From an uncultured Clostridia bacterium (lineage in GTDB: Bacteria; Bacillota; Clostridia; Christensenellales; UBA1242), in NCBI GenBank assembly GCA_934746515.1, contig CAKVFH010000001.1, forward strand, positions 102,279 through 166,278: a stretch of DNA of 64,000 nt. The letters run 5' to 3'. Below are positions 9,112 to 18,747 of this stretch, piece by piece (the stretch's first letter is position 1; every line of letters starts with the position of its first letter). Made by a program: the position numbers and the translations under genes. A model generated the notes under the pieces. The model was not told the DNA's origin and ran no database searches. It saw only the letters and a program-made list of their open reading frames with translations.

Positions 9112-11099
9112 TATTTTCTTTTCACAACAAATTAACAGTTAGTGCATCAAATAAAGAATATTCATTTTATAACACACTTTTATCGAGCACACTACAACAA
9201 CTTTCAACATTCGGAAAAATCAATGAATATATATCAATTGGAAATGGCTTGCCGAACTCTGAGTCACAAAACGCATTCCATTTAACAAGTCACATTGCAA
9301 CAGCAAAACTTATTTTTAAATCTATTCAAAGTGATATATCAAAAGGTTCACTATTTGCAAAATATCAGTACAAACTGCAAAAATCTGATGTTTTAGCAAC
9401 TCACATAACTGAAGTTGGATTGAGCAATAATGAAACTACACCAACCATTTATAATTATTTTTCACTAATCACAGATGAAACACCAAACGGAATTGATATA
9501 ACAAACTTTGATGAAATTTTACTGGAAGTCACTCTAAATCTTACAATTAGTGAAAACAACCAAACAATCTTAACTTCTGGAAATAATCCACTTATTGAAT
9601 TTTTGCTTGGCAATGGCTTGGGAGATGTTTATGCTTGTTCTGGTTCAAACTTTGCAGAAAATACAAGAATGAATCGCCAAATTCCAACAAACAAGGAAAA
9701 GTATATTTGCACAAAAACAGCTTCTATCCAAAATAATTCACTCAAAATTGCTTTTGAATGTAACTTAAATATAGGCGAGCTTGATGAAATTTTATTTATT
9801 TCTGCAGATAAGGTCTTTGCCAGAAATAATTTAAAAGAGCATCTAGCCTTATCAAGCGAAACTTTAAATTTAACACCAAAAGCAAATTATGTTATCAAAA
9901 TTGACAGCGACATAAAGTCGGTTACTTCGGTCACAAAACAATCAGATCAAACAGTCGAGTCGAATTATTTTGTATCAAAATATGCAAACTCTTTTGGCGA
10001 TGAAATTAGCTTGCCATTTAACAATATTTTTGATTCAACCACAAGCAGATTTTTATCAAAAGACGGAAAGTTTATATTTTTTGTTTCAAACACCAAAGTA
10101 TATGCATATAAAAATGAAGACTTTAAAATAACAGAAATTAACACAAAAGAAATAGTTGAAGACTATATAACAAAAATAATCTCTTTTGATAAATTTGTGT
10201 TTATTATCTCAAAAGTTGCGCCTTACATTTCAACTTACATTATTGAAGGTAACATGATAAAAAGCACAAGCAATAATTTGAAAAGTTTTGAAAAATATTC
10301 AGATTTTGAAACAATACAACAAGCAGATGTAACTTGGTGTAACAACGAAAAATTTATTATTGGTTTAATTTTAAATGATAATTCAGCTCTTTCAATCTAC
10401 TTAACTTATGATGATACGAATGGATTTTTAACAAGTTCATTTTTAACAAACAGCAGGGAGTTTAATTATATAATTGCAATGTATAAAAACAATTTTTGTG
10501 ACGGAAGAATGATTTATTTAAAAGAAGGCGAAACATCTTTAAAATGCAGACTCGTCACACACTCTGCCGATGGAACAGAAACTGACGTTTACTCATCACT
10601 TGCATACGCACTTGTTAAAGATGCAACAAATATTTATACAAAGGGTCGAGCAATAATTTCGGAAAAAAGCACAACGCCTTCTGTTGTTATTTATTACTAT
10701 CCACAAGTTTATGAATATGACTTGCCACTTATTTCAACAGAACTAAAAAATTATATTTCTCAAGACATGAACTATATTATTCAAAAAACTGAAACAAACG
10801 AATATAAAATTTACAATTTGGTTGGATATGACACACCTGAAGAATTTAGCGATGGTTTCTTATCAATTTTGCCTTACGACCAAATTGTTGATTTTGAATT
10901 TATGAAAGACTCTCTCTTGATTTTTACAAATCTTTCAGACAAACCAGTTGTGGCTTTCAACTTAAAACTTAACAAAACACAAATAGAAAATCTATCTGAT
11001 AAAGATGCCGAATATTTGGTTGCAGTGGAAAAATATAACAAGCTTGGAAGTGATGGAAAACAGATTAAATTCAAACTAGAAACGAAGGTGAATTTATGA
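9108..11099 (+). CDS. Hypothetical large phage structural protein
   Basis: 663 aa with an ATGA overlap. The C-terminal half has similar motifs (KFIFFVSNTKVYAYKNE, KFVFIISKVAPYISTYI, KFIIGLILNDNSALSIYLTY). Confidence 0.6.
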   Translation: MIFSFHNKLTVSASNKEYSFYNTLLSSTLQQLSTFGKINEYISIGNGLPNSESQNAFHLTSHIATAKLIFKSIQSDISKGSLFAKYQYKLQKSDVLATHITEVGLSNNETTPTIYNYFSLITDETPNGIDITNFDEILLEVTLNLTISENNQTILTSGNNPLIEFLLGNGLGDVYACSGSNFAENTRMNRQIPTNKEKYICTKTASIQNNSLKIAFECNLNIGELDEILFISADKVFARNNLKEHLALSSETLNLTPKANYVIKIDSDIKSVTSVTKQSDQTVESNYFVSKYANSFGDEISLPFNNIFDSTTSRFLSKDGKFIFFVSNTKVYAYKNEDFKITEINTKEIVEDYITKIISFDKFVFIISKVAPYISTYIIEGNMIKSTSNNLKSFEKYSDFETIQQADVTWCNNEKFIIGLILNDNSALSIYLTYDDTNGFLTSSFLTNSREFNYIIAMYKNNFCDGRMIYLKEGETSLKCRLVTHSADGTETDVYSSLAYALVKDATNIYTKGRAIISEKSTTPSVVIYYYPQVYEYDLPLISTELKNYISQDMNYIIQKTETNEYKIYNLVGYDTPEEFSDGFLSILPYDQIVDFEFMKDSLLIFTNLSDKPVVAFNLKLNKTQIENLSDKDAEYLVAVEKYNKLGSDGKQIKFKLETKVNL

Positions 11100-11347
11100 T
11101 ATTTTCAGACAGAATTCAAAAAGTAATTAGCGGCAGAGATGCAACACTTTTTGCAAGTGATAGCAACACATTAAATTTATTTATTTGTGATAAAGTGCTT
11201 AAAAAATATAGAATTTCAATAAATATAAACAAGAATTGCGTTTTTTCTAAAATGTATAATTACAAAAAAATAATCCAACTTAATCAAAACACCATTTGTC
11301 CTTGTAGTAATGGATACATAACCATTTCAAATGAAAACAACACATAA
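11096..11347 (+). CDS. Hypothetical phage protein
   Basis: 83 aa with an ATGA overlap to the upstream gene. Last gene of the coupled block. Confidence 0.5.
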   Translation: MIFSDRIQKVISGRDATLFASDSNTLNLFICDKVLKKYRISININKNCVFSKMYNYKKIIQLNQNTICPCSNGYITISNENNT

Positions 11348-11415
11348 TTTGATTTATTCAAATAACATTATAAACTTAATTATCTCTCTATTTAAGTTTA
11401 ACAAAAGGAGGGTAA

Positions 11416-12393
11416 ATGAAATTAAAAGATAAAATCAAATCTTATAGTTTTTGGGTGAGCATTGCCAGTGCCGTTATCTTAATATTAAAAGTGCTTGGCA
11501 ATCGATTTGGATTTGTTGTTGACGAAAGCATGGTGAGTGATATTTTCACCGCACTTTGCAGTATTCTTGTTTTGATGGGCATAATTGTTGTGCCATCAGC
11601 ACAAGGTGGACAAGAACAACTTAACAACAAATTAGCTTCCAAAAATACAAAACAGAATAATTTAATTCAAGACATAAATAATCAAAAAAATGAATTAACA
11701 CAAGATGAGACTTTTGACACCAACAAAACAAAATCAAACAATGAAAATCAAAATGGTTTTGAAAACACTTCATACGAAAATTTAAAATCTTCAAAAACTA
11801 AATCCAGCGAAGACAATGAAATAAAAGATGAAAGTTCAAATGCTAATTTGATTTCAAATCCAATCGAACAAAATGAAAATTTAACAGAAGAAAACAATCA
11901 AAATGATGGTATGCTATCGGTTAATGATGATAGTTTATCAGTTTCTGAAAACCAACCAGAAATCATGCAGGCTGAAAACCATAACTCTTCACAAATCTCG
12001 GATGAGAAAAAATTTATCTTTGCGCAGACGCAAGAAGACTCTTTTATAAATGACGAAGCCAAGCTTAATGACATGATTGAAGAAGATAAAGCAAATTCTC
12101 AACCATTAGCAAACAATCAAGTTTGTGATGCGAATGAAAGTGAAACAAAATTTACTGAAGCTGACAATTTGTCAATTGTATACACGCAAGATACCACCGA
12201 ACAAAACAATCTAAACTTGTCAGATGAAAACAATAATGTCACAAATCATGACACTGATGAAAATTTAAAGCAGACAAACATTTTAAACTTAAAAGCAATG
12301 TTTGATATTGCGCGCGAAAAGTTTACAGGTGACATCAATGATTATATTTTTGAGCTTCAAGAAGAAATCAGAAAAACTCGCGAAAGAATGTAA
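11416..12393 (+). CDS. Holin-like membrane protein with a long acidic low-complexity C-terminal extension
   Basis: 325 aa with AGGAGGG upstream. The first ~65 aa (KSYSFWVSIASAVILILKVLGNRFGFVVDESMVSDIFTALCSILVLMGIIVVPS) resemble, from memory, two-TM phi-LC3/Phage_holin_1-type holins. The remaining ~260 aa are rich in N, E, D, Q and S. Confidence 0.45.
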   Translation: MKLKDKIKSYSFWVSIASAVILILKVLGNRFGFVVDESMVSDIFTALCSILVLMGIIVVPSAQGGQEQLNNKLASKNTKQNNLIQDINNQKNELTQDETFDTNKTKSNNENQNGFENTSYENLKSSKTKSSEDNEIKDESSNANLISNPIEQNENLTEENNQNDGMLSVNDDSLSVSENQPEIMQAENHNSSQISDEKKFIFAQTQEDSFINDEAKLNDMIEEDKANSQPLANNQVCDANESETKFTEADNLSIVYTQDTTEQNNLNLSDENNNVTNHDTDENLKQTNILNLKAMFDIAREKFTGDINDYIFELQEEIRKTRERM

Positions 12394-12408
12394 TAATTTA
12401 CAAAAATA

Positions 12409-12438
12409 GGGAAAGCATTTATTTGCTTTCTCTTTTTA
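12409..12438 (+). terminator. Rho-independent terminator ending the phage late operon
   Basis: GGGAAAGCA (12409-12417) pairs with TGCTTTCTC (12424-12432), followed by TTTTT. Confidence 0.75.
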
Positions 12439-12543
12439 TTTGCCATAAAATACTTGATTTTATTTTATTTGTATAATATAATAACCTCAACAATTAAAGT
12501 TTTTTTGAATATTTTAATTCGTAATGAATGATAGTGAGGTATT

Positions 12544-13599
12544 ATGTCTTACAAGAACACAATGAAACTCTTTGTTTCTAATTTTACACTTGCATGGAAA
12601 CAGCTCGTATATCTTCTTTTGTGCGGATTTTTGTTTGCACTTTGCTCATATACACTTGTTTCGCCAGTTATCACTGTTTTGAAAAATGCTGGCATTTCTG
12701 CAGAAATTAAAAATCTTATCACTTTGGTTTATAATAATCCAAAAGACATTGCTATAACTTTAAGTGAGCTTGTTAAACTGATTTTTAATTCACTGATTGA
12801 AAATTTTTCTAAAATTTATTTGAACATTTTTGCGACACTTATATTATGTATTATTTTGCCATATATTTTATATGAAGCATCAACTTATAATATTTCGTCA
12901 ATTCTTTATCAAAAGTTCACAATGAATATGGAAGTGGGTTATTGCCAAAATTTTATCAGTCATCTTGGAAAGGCTATTAAATTTGGTTTGACATCGCTTT
13001 TGTTTTCATTGCCATTTTTTATAGTCAATATTGCTTTGGTCGTAACTTATATTCTCGTCGCAAACACTGTTTTAAAAGCTATCATTGGGCTTGTGATTTT
13101 GTCACTAATTTCACTGATAATAAATTCGTGCAAGCTTACATTGTTTTCACATTTCACAGGAAGCGTTGTTGCAAACGACTCAAACTCATTCCATACATTT
13201 TTAAAGAGTTTTCCAATCGAAATTAAACATTTCTGGAAAATTATGGGTTCAAGTGTTGTTACAATTTTAACCGCAATTTTAATCAATGGCGTTATTGCAA
13301 TCTTCACATTCTTTGCAGGTCTTTTATTTACAATTCCTGCAACATGTGTGCTTATCAGTATTTTTAAAGTCGTAACATTCTTAAACATTAACGGAAATAG
13401 ATACTATTTGAGCAATTATGTTATTTTCAATCCACAAAAATATGTGGTTAAAAAAGACGATTTTGTTTCAACATTTGTTCCACCAGAAGAGACAAAAGAA
13501 ATCACTACAACAAAAATGAAAAAGAAATATAAAACAAAAACTTTAGATGAAAAGCCAACAACTGGCAAAACTAAAAAAAATAAAATAAAGAAAGGATAA
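12544..13599 (+). CDS. Polytopic membrane protein with a lysine-rich C-terminal tail (unknown function)
   Basis: 351 aa with several long hydrophobic segments. The stop lies 1 nt before the rnj ATG, suggesting co-transcription. Confidence 0.6.
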   Translation: MSYKNTMKLFVSNFTLAWKQLVYLLLCGFLFALCSYTLVSPVITVLKNAGISAEIKNLITLVYNNPKDIAITLSELVKLIFNSLIENFSKIYLNIFATLILCIILPYILYEASTYNISSILYQKFTMNMEVGYCQNFISHLGKAIKFGLTSLLFSLPFFIVNIALVVTYILVANTVLKAIIGLVILSLISLIINSCKLTLFSHFTGSVVANDSNSFHTFLKSFPIEIKHFWKIMGSSVVTILTAILINGVIAIFTFFAGLLFTIPATCVLISIFKVVTFLNINGNRYYLSNYVIFNPQKYVVKKDDFVSTFVPPEETKEITTTKMKKKYKTKTLDEKPTTGKTKKNKIKKG

Positions 13600-13600
13600 T

Positions 13601-15547
13601 ATGGAAGAAAATTTTAACAATCAAAATTTAAACAATAATCAAAATTCAAATAATCCTGCAGTTAAGAAAAGAACATTTACTGAAACTGAACAAAATTCTG
13701 GATCATATAATGTAGGCTTGAAAAAGAATACAAAACCAGCAGCTCCAGTAACTGCAGGAATCACACAAAAGCAAAAACAAAAAATTTTAAATCATTTAAA
13801 GGATGTTAATCCAGATATAAATCTTGAAAATATGGCTCAAGAAGAGCTTTTGACAAGCAATGCTGGAAACATGCATAGACAAAAACAAGGAAAGGGCGCT
13901 GGCAACAAAGTGAAAATCATTTTCCTTGGTGGCGTTGGAGAAATTGGAAAAAATATCACAGCAATTGAATACGGCAACGATATTATCGTTATCGACTGCG
14001 GTCTTGCATTTCCAAGCGAAGACATGCCGGGCGTCGACCTTGTTATACCGGATTTCACATATTTAAAAGAAAATGCAAGCAAAGTTAAAGGCATTTTAAT
14101 CACACACGGACACGAAGACCACATAGGAAGTTTGCCATACTTGCTCCGCGATATTAAAGCACCAATCTATGGAAGTCAAATGTCACTTACACTCATTGAC
14201 AACAAAATTCGTGAACACAAACTCACTGGAATTAAAGGCATTTGCGTTAAACCAGGCTATGTTGTAAAAGTTGGATGTTTCACAGTTGAGTTTGTTAAAG
14301 TAAACCACTCAATTCCTGGAGCTTTTGCTCTTTCAATCGATACACCAGCCGGAACAATTTTTCACACAGGTGACTTTAAAATTGACTTTGAGCCAATTGA
14401 CGGCGAAGTTATTGATCTTGCAAGAATTGCGGAAATCGGCAGAAAAGGCGTAACACTTATGCTTGGCGAAAGCACAAATGTTGAGCGTCCTGGATACACA
14501 ATTTCAGAAAAGAGAGTAGGCGAAAATCTTGAAAAAGTTTTCCTTGAAAACTCAACCAGAAGAATTTTCGTTGCAACATTCTCAAGTAACATTTATAGAG
14601 TTGAACAAATCATTGACCTTGCAATCAAATATAACAGAAGAGTTGCCGTTGTTGGAAGAAGTATGATAAACAACATTGACGCAGGCATGAAAATTGGTGC
14701 GTTCAAATTCAACAAGAGTGTGTTTATTGACATTGAAAAAATCGGTATGCTTGAAGATAAAAATGTTTTGGTTTTATCAACAGGAAGTCAAGGTGAACCA
14801 ACAAGCGCACTTTCAAGACTTGCAAATGGTGAATTTACTAAAGTCGAAATCGGTGATAACGATACTGTAATTTTTTCAAGTTCGCCAATTCCTGGCAACG
14901 AAAATATGATCAATGCCGTTATCAATAACCTTTATAAAAAAGGCGCAATTGTTGTTACTGAAAATGTGCACTCATCAGGCCACGCTTGCCAAGAAGAAAT
15001 CAAAACAATTCATAACTTGGTGAATCCAAAATTCTTTATTCCTGTTCACGGTGAATATAGACATTTGAAAGAACACATTTTGCTTTCAGAAAAAATCGGA
15101 TTGCCAAAAACAAATTCACTTATTCCTGAAATTGGAAATGTTGTTGAACTCACAAAAAACACAATGGTGCTTAAAGGTAACGTTCAAGCAGGTGAACAAC
15201 TCGTTGACGGTCTTGGCATTGGTGATGTTGGAAGCGTCGTTCTTCGTGATAGAAAACTTCTTTCTGAAGACGGACTTGTTATTGTGGTTCTCGGTGTTTC
15301 AGACTCAACAGGTGAGCTTGTGAGCGAACCATACTTAATCACTCGTGGTTTTGTTTACACTGGCGAAGCTGAAAAACTTAACGAAGAAGCAAAGCTTGTG
15401 CTTCATGACACAATTGCAACAATGAACTTTAGAGAAAATCATGATTGGAATGAAATCAGAAACCAAATCAGAAAACCACTTCGCAATTTCTTCTACAAAA
15501 AGACAATGCGTACTCCAATGATTTTGCCAATCGTGTTCAGAGTGTAA
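13601..15547 (+). CDS. rnj: Ribonuclease J
   Basis: Beta-lactamase/beta-CASP motifs GGVGEIGKN and HGHEDHIG. Has an N/Q-rich extension of about 102 aa before the conserved core; alternative internal ATG at 13871. Confidence 0.85.
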   Translation: MEENFNNQNLNNNQNSNNPAVKKRTFTETEQNSGSYNVGLKKNTKPAAPVTAGITQKQKQKILNHLKDVNPDINLENMAQEELLTSNAGNMHRQKQGKGAGNKVKIIFLGGVGEIGKNITAIEYGNDIIVIDCGLAFPSEDMPGVDLVIPDFTYLKENASKVKGILITHGHEDHIGSLPYLLRDIKAPIYGSQMSLTLIDNKIREHKLTGIKGICVKPGYVVKVGCFTVEFVKVNHSIPGAFALSIDTPAGTIFHTGDFKIDFEPIDGEVIDLARIAEIGRKGVTLMLGESTNVERPGYTISEKRVGENLEKVFLENSTRRIFVATFSSNIYRVEQIIDLAIKYNRRVAVVGRSMINNIDAGMKIGAFKFNKSVFIDIEKIGMLEDKNVLVLSTGSQGEPTSALSRLANGEFTKVEIGDNDTVIFSSSPIPGNENMINAVINNLYKKGAIVVTENVHSSGHACQEEIKTIHNLVNPKFFIPVHGEYRHLKEHILLSEKIGLPKTNSLIPEIGNVVELTKNTMVLKGNVQAGEQLVDGLGIGDVGSVVLRDRKLLSEDGLVIVVLGVSDSTGELVSEPYLITRGFVYTGEAEKLNEEAKLVLHDTIATMNFRENHDWNEIRNQIRKPLRNFFYKKTMRTPMILPIVFRV

Positions 15548-15551
15548 AAAC

Positions 15552-16145
15552 ATGTATGAAAATATAAAACAGTATGCTGAAAAATATTCGGTTCCAATTT
15601 TAAGACCTCAAACAAGCGACTTGATTGCAGAGTTTGTAGCCAAAGAAAATCCAAAAAATATTCTTGAAATTGGAACTGCAATTGGCTACAGCGGAATCAT
15701 TATGCTAAACAGCTGCGGGGCAAATCTCACAACCATTGAACATAATAAGCAATACATAAGGCAAGCCAAGAAAAATTTTAAAGAGCAACACCTCCAAAAC
15801 AGAGTAAAGATTCTTGACGGCGATTGTTTGGTGATTTTAGCAAACCTAGCATCACAAGAAAAATTTAGAAACAGCTTTGACATCATATTCCTTGACGGTC
15901 CAAAAGCGCAGTATGGCAACATGCTCGAACTTATCATTTTGCTACTAAAAAAAGGTGGAACACTGATTGTTGATGATGTTTTGTTTCATCAAAATTTAAA
16001 CGATTCAAAAAAAGTTTCAAGACGCTTTAAAACGATTGAAAACAGATTAAATAATTTTATAGAAAACTGCAAAAATCATCCAAAAATTTCGAAATTTGAG
16101 CTAAAAACCATTGAAGACGGCATAATTTTTGCACAAAAAGGATAA
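15552..16145 (+). CDS. trmR: Class I SAM-dependent O-methyltransferase (YrrM/TrmR-like)
   Basis: LEIGTAIGYSG SAM-binding motif and FLDGPK. Its position upstream of a U32 peptidase matches B. subtilis yrrM-yrrN-yrrO. Confidence 0.7.
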   Translation: MYENIKQYAEKYSVPILRPQTSDLIAEFVAKENPKNILEIGTAIGYSGIIMLNSCGANLTTIEHNKQYIRQAKKNFKEQHLQNRVKILDGDCLVILANLASQEKFRNSFDIIFLDGPKAQYGNMLELIILLLKKGGTLIVDDVLFHQNLNDSKKVSRRFKTIENRLNNFIENCKNHPKISKFELKTIEDGIIFAQKG

Positions 16146-16146
16146 A

Positions 16147-17370
16147 ATGAAAAATACAAAAGTTGAATTACTTGCGCCAGCTGGCGACTTTGAAAGACTA
16201 AAAACAGCAATCCACTTTGGAGCAGATGCTGTTTATTTTGCTGGAAAAAATTATGGACTTCGCGCTTATGGAACAAACTTCGACACCATGTCAATAAAAG
16301 ACACAATGGACTATATCCACAGCCATGGAAAGCGCGGATATGTCACACTGAATGTTTATGCAAGACACAATGATTTCGACGGACTAAAAGACTATGTTCA
16401 ATCACTTGTTGATGCAAAAGTTGATGCCGTTATCATTTCGGACTTGGGTATATTTTCATTTGTTCATTCAAATTTTCCAGACCTTGAAATTCATGTTTCA
16501 ACACAAGCCAACACAACAAACAGTTATGCAGCAAAAATGTGGAAACAGCTTGGTGCAACAAGAGTTGTGCTTGCCAGAGAACTTGATATTGATGAAATCA
16601 AAAAGATTTCTTCAGACAATCCTGGACTTGAAATTGAAGCATTTGTTCACGGTGCAATGTGCATCAGTTACAGCGGAAGATGTTTGCTTTCAAACTACTT
16701 GACAGGTCGTGATTCAAATCATGGCGAATGCGTTCAAGCTTGTAGATGGAAATATTCAGTAACCGAAGAAAGCAGACCTGATGAAAAACTTGATTTGGAA
16801 GAAGATGAAAGGGGAACATACATTTTCAACAGCAAAGATCTTTGTTTAATTGACTATTTGGATAAAATTATTGATAGCGGAGTTTACAGCTTGAAAGTTG
16901 AAGGCAGAATGAAGTCTTCATATTATGTTGCAACAGTAATCAATGCTTATAGAAGAGCACTTGACTATTTGGAAAAATGTAAAAAAGAAAACAAACCTTA
17001 TGTTGTGCCTGAATATTTAAAAGCTGAACTTGAAAAAGCAAGTCACAGAAAATATACAACTGGATTTATGTTTAACGACGGCAATGTGAGACAAAACTAT
17101 GAATCTTCAATTCAAGAACAAAGCAGCAAATTTATGGCAATTGTTTTAGAGAAACAAAAAGACAGAATTTTGGTTGAGCAGAGAAATAAATTTGCTATTG
17201 GTGACTGCCTTGAAATTCTCTCACCAAGCAATGAATTTAACAAGATATTAAAAATTGAAAAAATGACCGATGAAGACGGCAATGAACTAACTGAAGCAAA
17301 GAATGTTCAACAGAAAATCTGGATTTATACAAATCAAAACATTTCAGAAGGCGACATTTTAAGAAAATAA
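16147..17370 (+). CDS. Peptidase U32 family protein (YrrO/TrhP-like)
   Basis: U32 signature EAFVHGAMCISYSGRCLLS. Start moved to the ATG at 16147 (MKNTKVELLAPAG), which has AAAGGA upstream. Confidence 0.8.
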   Translation: MKNTKVELLAPAGDFERLKTAIHFGADAVYFAGKNYGLRAYGTNFDTMSIKDTMDYIHSHGKRGYVTLNVYARHNDFDGLKDYVQSLVDAKVDAVIISDLGIFSFVHSNFPDLEIHVSTQANTTNSYAAKMWKQLGATRVVLARELDIDEIKKISSDNPGLEIEAFVHGAMCISYSGRCLLSNYLTGRDSNHGECVQACRWKYSVTEESRPDEKLDLEEDERGTYIFNSKDLCLIDYLDKIIDSGVYSLKVEGRMKSSYYVATVINAYRRALDYLEKCKKENKPYVVPEYLKAELEKASHRKYTTGFMFNDGNVRQNYESSIQEQSSKFMAIVLEKQKDRILVEQRNKFAIGDCLEILSPSNEFNKILKIEKMTDEDGNELTEAKNVQQKIWIYTNQNISEGDILRK

Positions 17371-17385
17371 CCAAGGAGAAAACTT

Positions 17386-17727
17386 ATGAATTTTGATATC
17401 AAAAAAGTAAAAATTATTGTATTTATTCCTGAAGAAAAAGTTAGTGAACTTCGCGATGCAGTTTGCAATGCAGGTGCTGGTGCACTGGAAAAATATAGCT
17501 ATTGCACATCATGTGCAAAAGTAAACGGAACATATATTCCAAATGAAAATGCACAGCCTTATGTCGGCACACAAAACACTCTTGAGTTTGTTGAAGAAAT
17601 CAAACTTGAGTTTATTTGTGATATAAAACTCGTTAAAAAAGTTATGAAAGTTATTAGAGAAATTCATCCTTATGAAGAGCCAACCATTGACATTATTCCA
17701 CTTTTGGATGAAAAATCTTTCAAATAG
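17386..17727 (+). CDS. Small conserved protein, possibly related to the PII/CutA-like insert domain of NIF3/YqfO proteins
   Basis: 113 aa with AAGGAG upstream. Contains a KIIVFIPEE...HPYEEP pattern; the assignment is from memory and weak. Confidence 0.35.
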   Translation: MNFDIKKVKIIVFIPEEKVSELRDAVCNAGAGALEKYSYCTSCAKVNGTYIPNENAQPYVGTQNTLEFVEEIKLEFICDIKLVKKVMKVIREIHPYEEPTIDIIPLLDEKSFK

Positions 17728-17929
17728 AAGAGTATTAACATAGATATAAAAATTACATTGTCAATTTGAATTAAACTAAAAATTAAAATGGTTAAAAATA
17801 CAATTCAAATTTGATAGTGTTTTTTTTTGCAAAATTTTATAAATAAGCAAGTTAGTTTTGTTTGCAAAATAAATTAAATAAAGTCATAAATCTACAAAAT
17901 ACATCATAGGTTTAAGTAATGGGGGATTT

Positions 17930-18631
17930 ATGATTTTTAGTGGACTGTTTAAATTATTATCTAGACTTTTAGGAAAACTTTTGTTCTGGACTGGGCGAAT
18001 TGATAATAGCGTTGCGTTTGAAAAACCACTCTCTGCAGAAGAAGAAAAAGAAACCTTCTTGCAAATGAAACAGGGAGACAAAAAAGCAGAAGAAAAACTA
18101 ATCAAACACAACATGAGACTTGTTGCCCATATTTCAAAAAAATATAAAAATTCAGGAACCGAACAAGAAGACTTGATTTCAATTGGAACCATAGGTTTGA
18201 TGAAGGCAATCAAAACCTTTGACTATAGCAAAGGCAACAGTTTTTCAACTTATGCGTCAAGGTGTATTGATAATGAAATTTTGATGAATTTTAGATCAGA
18301 CAAAAAGAATGCACAGGCAGTGTTTTTGGACGACATTATTTCTACAGATAAAGACGGCAACAATCTGTCACTTTATGAAATTTTATGTGATAATTCACCA
18401 AGTGTTGACATGCAAATTGAAAATAAAATTCTATACAAAAAAATTGAAAAGATCGTTTTAAACAAACTTGATGAAAGAGAAAAAGAAATCATCATTAAAA
18501 GATTTGGACTGTTTGGAGAACAACCAAAAACACAATTTGAGCTTGCAAGTGAATTAAATATTTCAAGATCTTATATTTCAAGACTTGAGAAAAAAGCAAT
18601 TAAAACAATACAAAATAGCATTATTTTATAA
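17930..18631 (+). CDS. sigK: Sporulation sigma factor, SigK-like (SigE/SigK family) with an N-terminal pro-sequence
   Basis: KHNMRLVAHISKKY, DLISIGTIGLMKAI, TYASRCIDNEILM and ISRSYISRLEKKA align well with B. subtilis SigK as I remember it. Has a hydrophobic leader of about 25 aa, and no spoIIGA upstream. Confidence 0.65.
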   Translation: MIFSGLFKLLSRLLGKLLFWTGRIDNSVAFEKPLSAEEEKETFLQMKQGDKKAEEKLIKHNMRLVAHISKKYKNSGTEQEDLISIGTIGLMKAIKTFDYSKGNSFSTYASRCIDNEILMNFRSDKKNAQAVFLDDIISTDKDGNNLSLYEILCDNSPSVDMQIENKILYKKIEKIVLNKLDEREKEIIIKRFGLFGEQPKTQFELASELNISRSYISRLEKKAIKTIQNSIIL

Positions 18632-18713
18632 TTTATTAACATGTTTTGCGCTTTTTAATTTTTTAAGTAATTATTTATTTAATTATTTATGGCGATAAAA
18701 AAAGAAACAAAAC

Positions 18714-18742
18714 TTGACAAAAGAATTGTTTAAGGCTATAAT
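18714..18742 (+). promoter_or_regulatory. Consensus sigma-A-type promoter for rnpB
   Basis: TTGACA (18714-18719), a 17-nt spacer, then TATAAT (18737-18742). Confidence 0.8.
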
Positions 18743-18747
18743 ACTTT

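Noticed and set aside
17883-17910. SigE/SigK-type promoter (GTCATA...CATCATAG) upstream of the sigK-like gene.
   Set aside because: The match to the AC-N16-17-CATA---TA and CATACA-T consensus forms is loose and the spacing is uncertain, so it is not reported as a feature.
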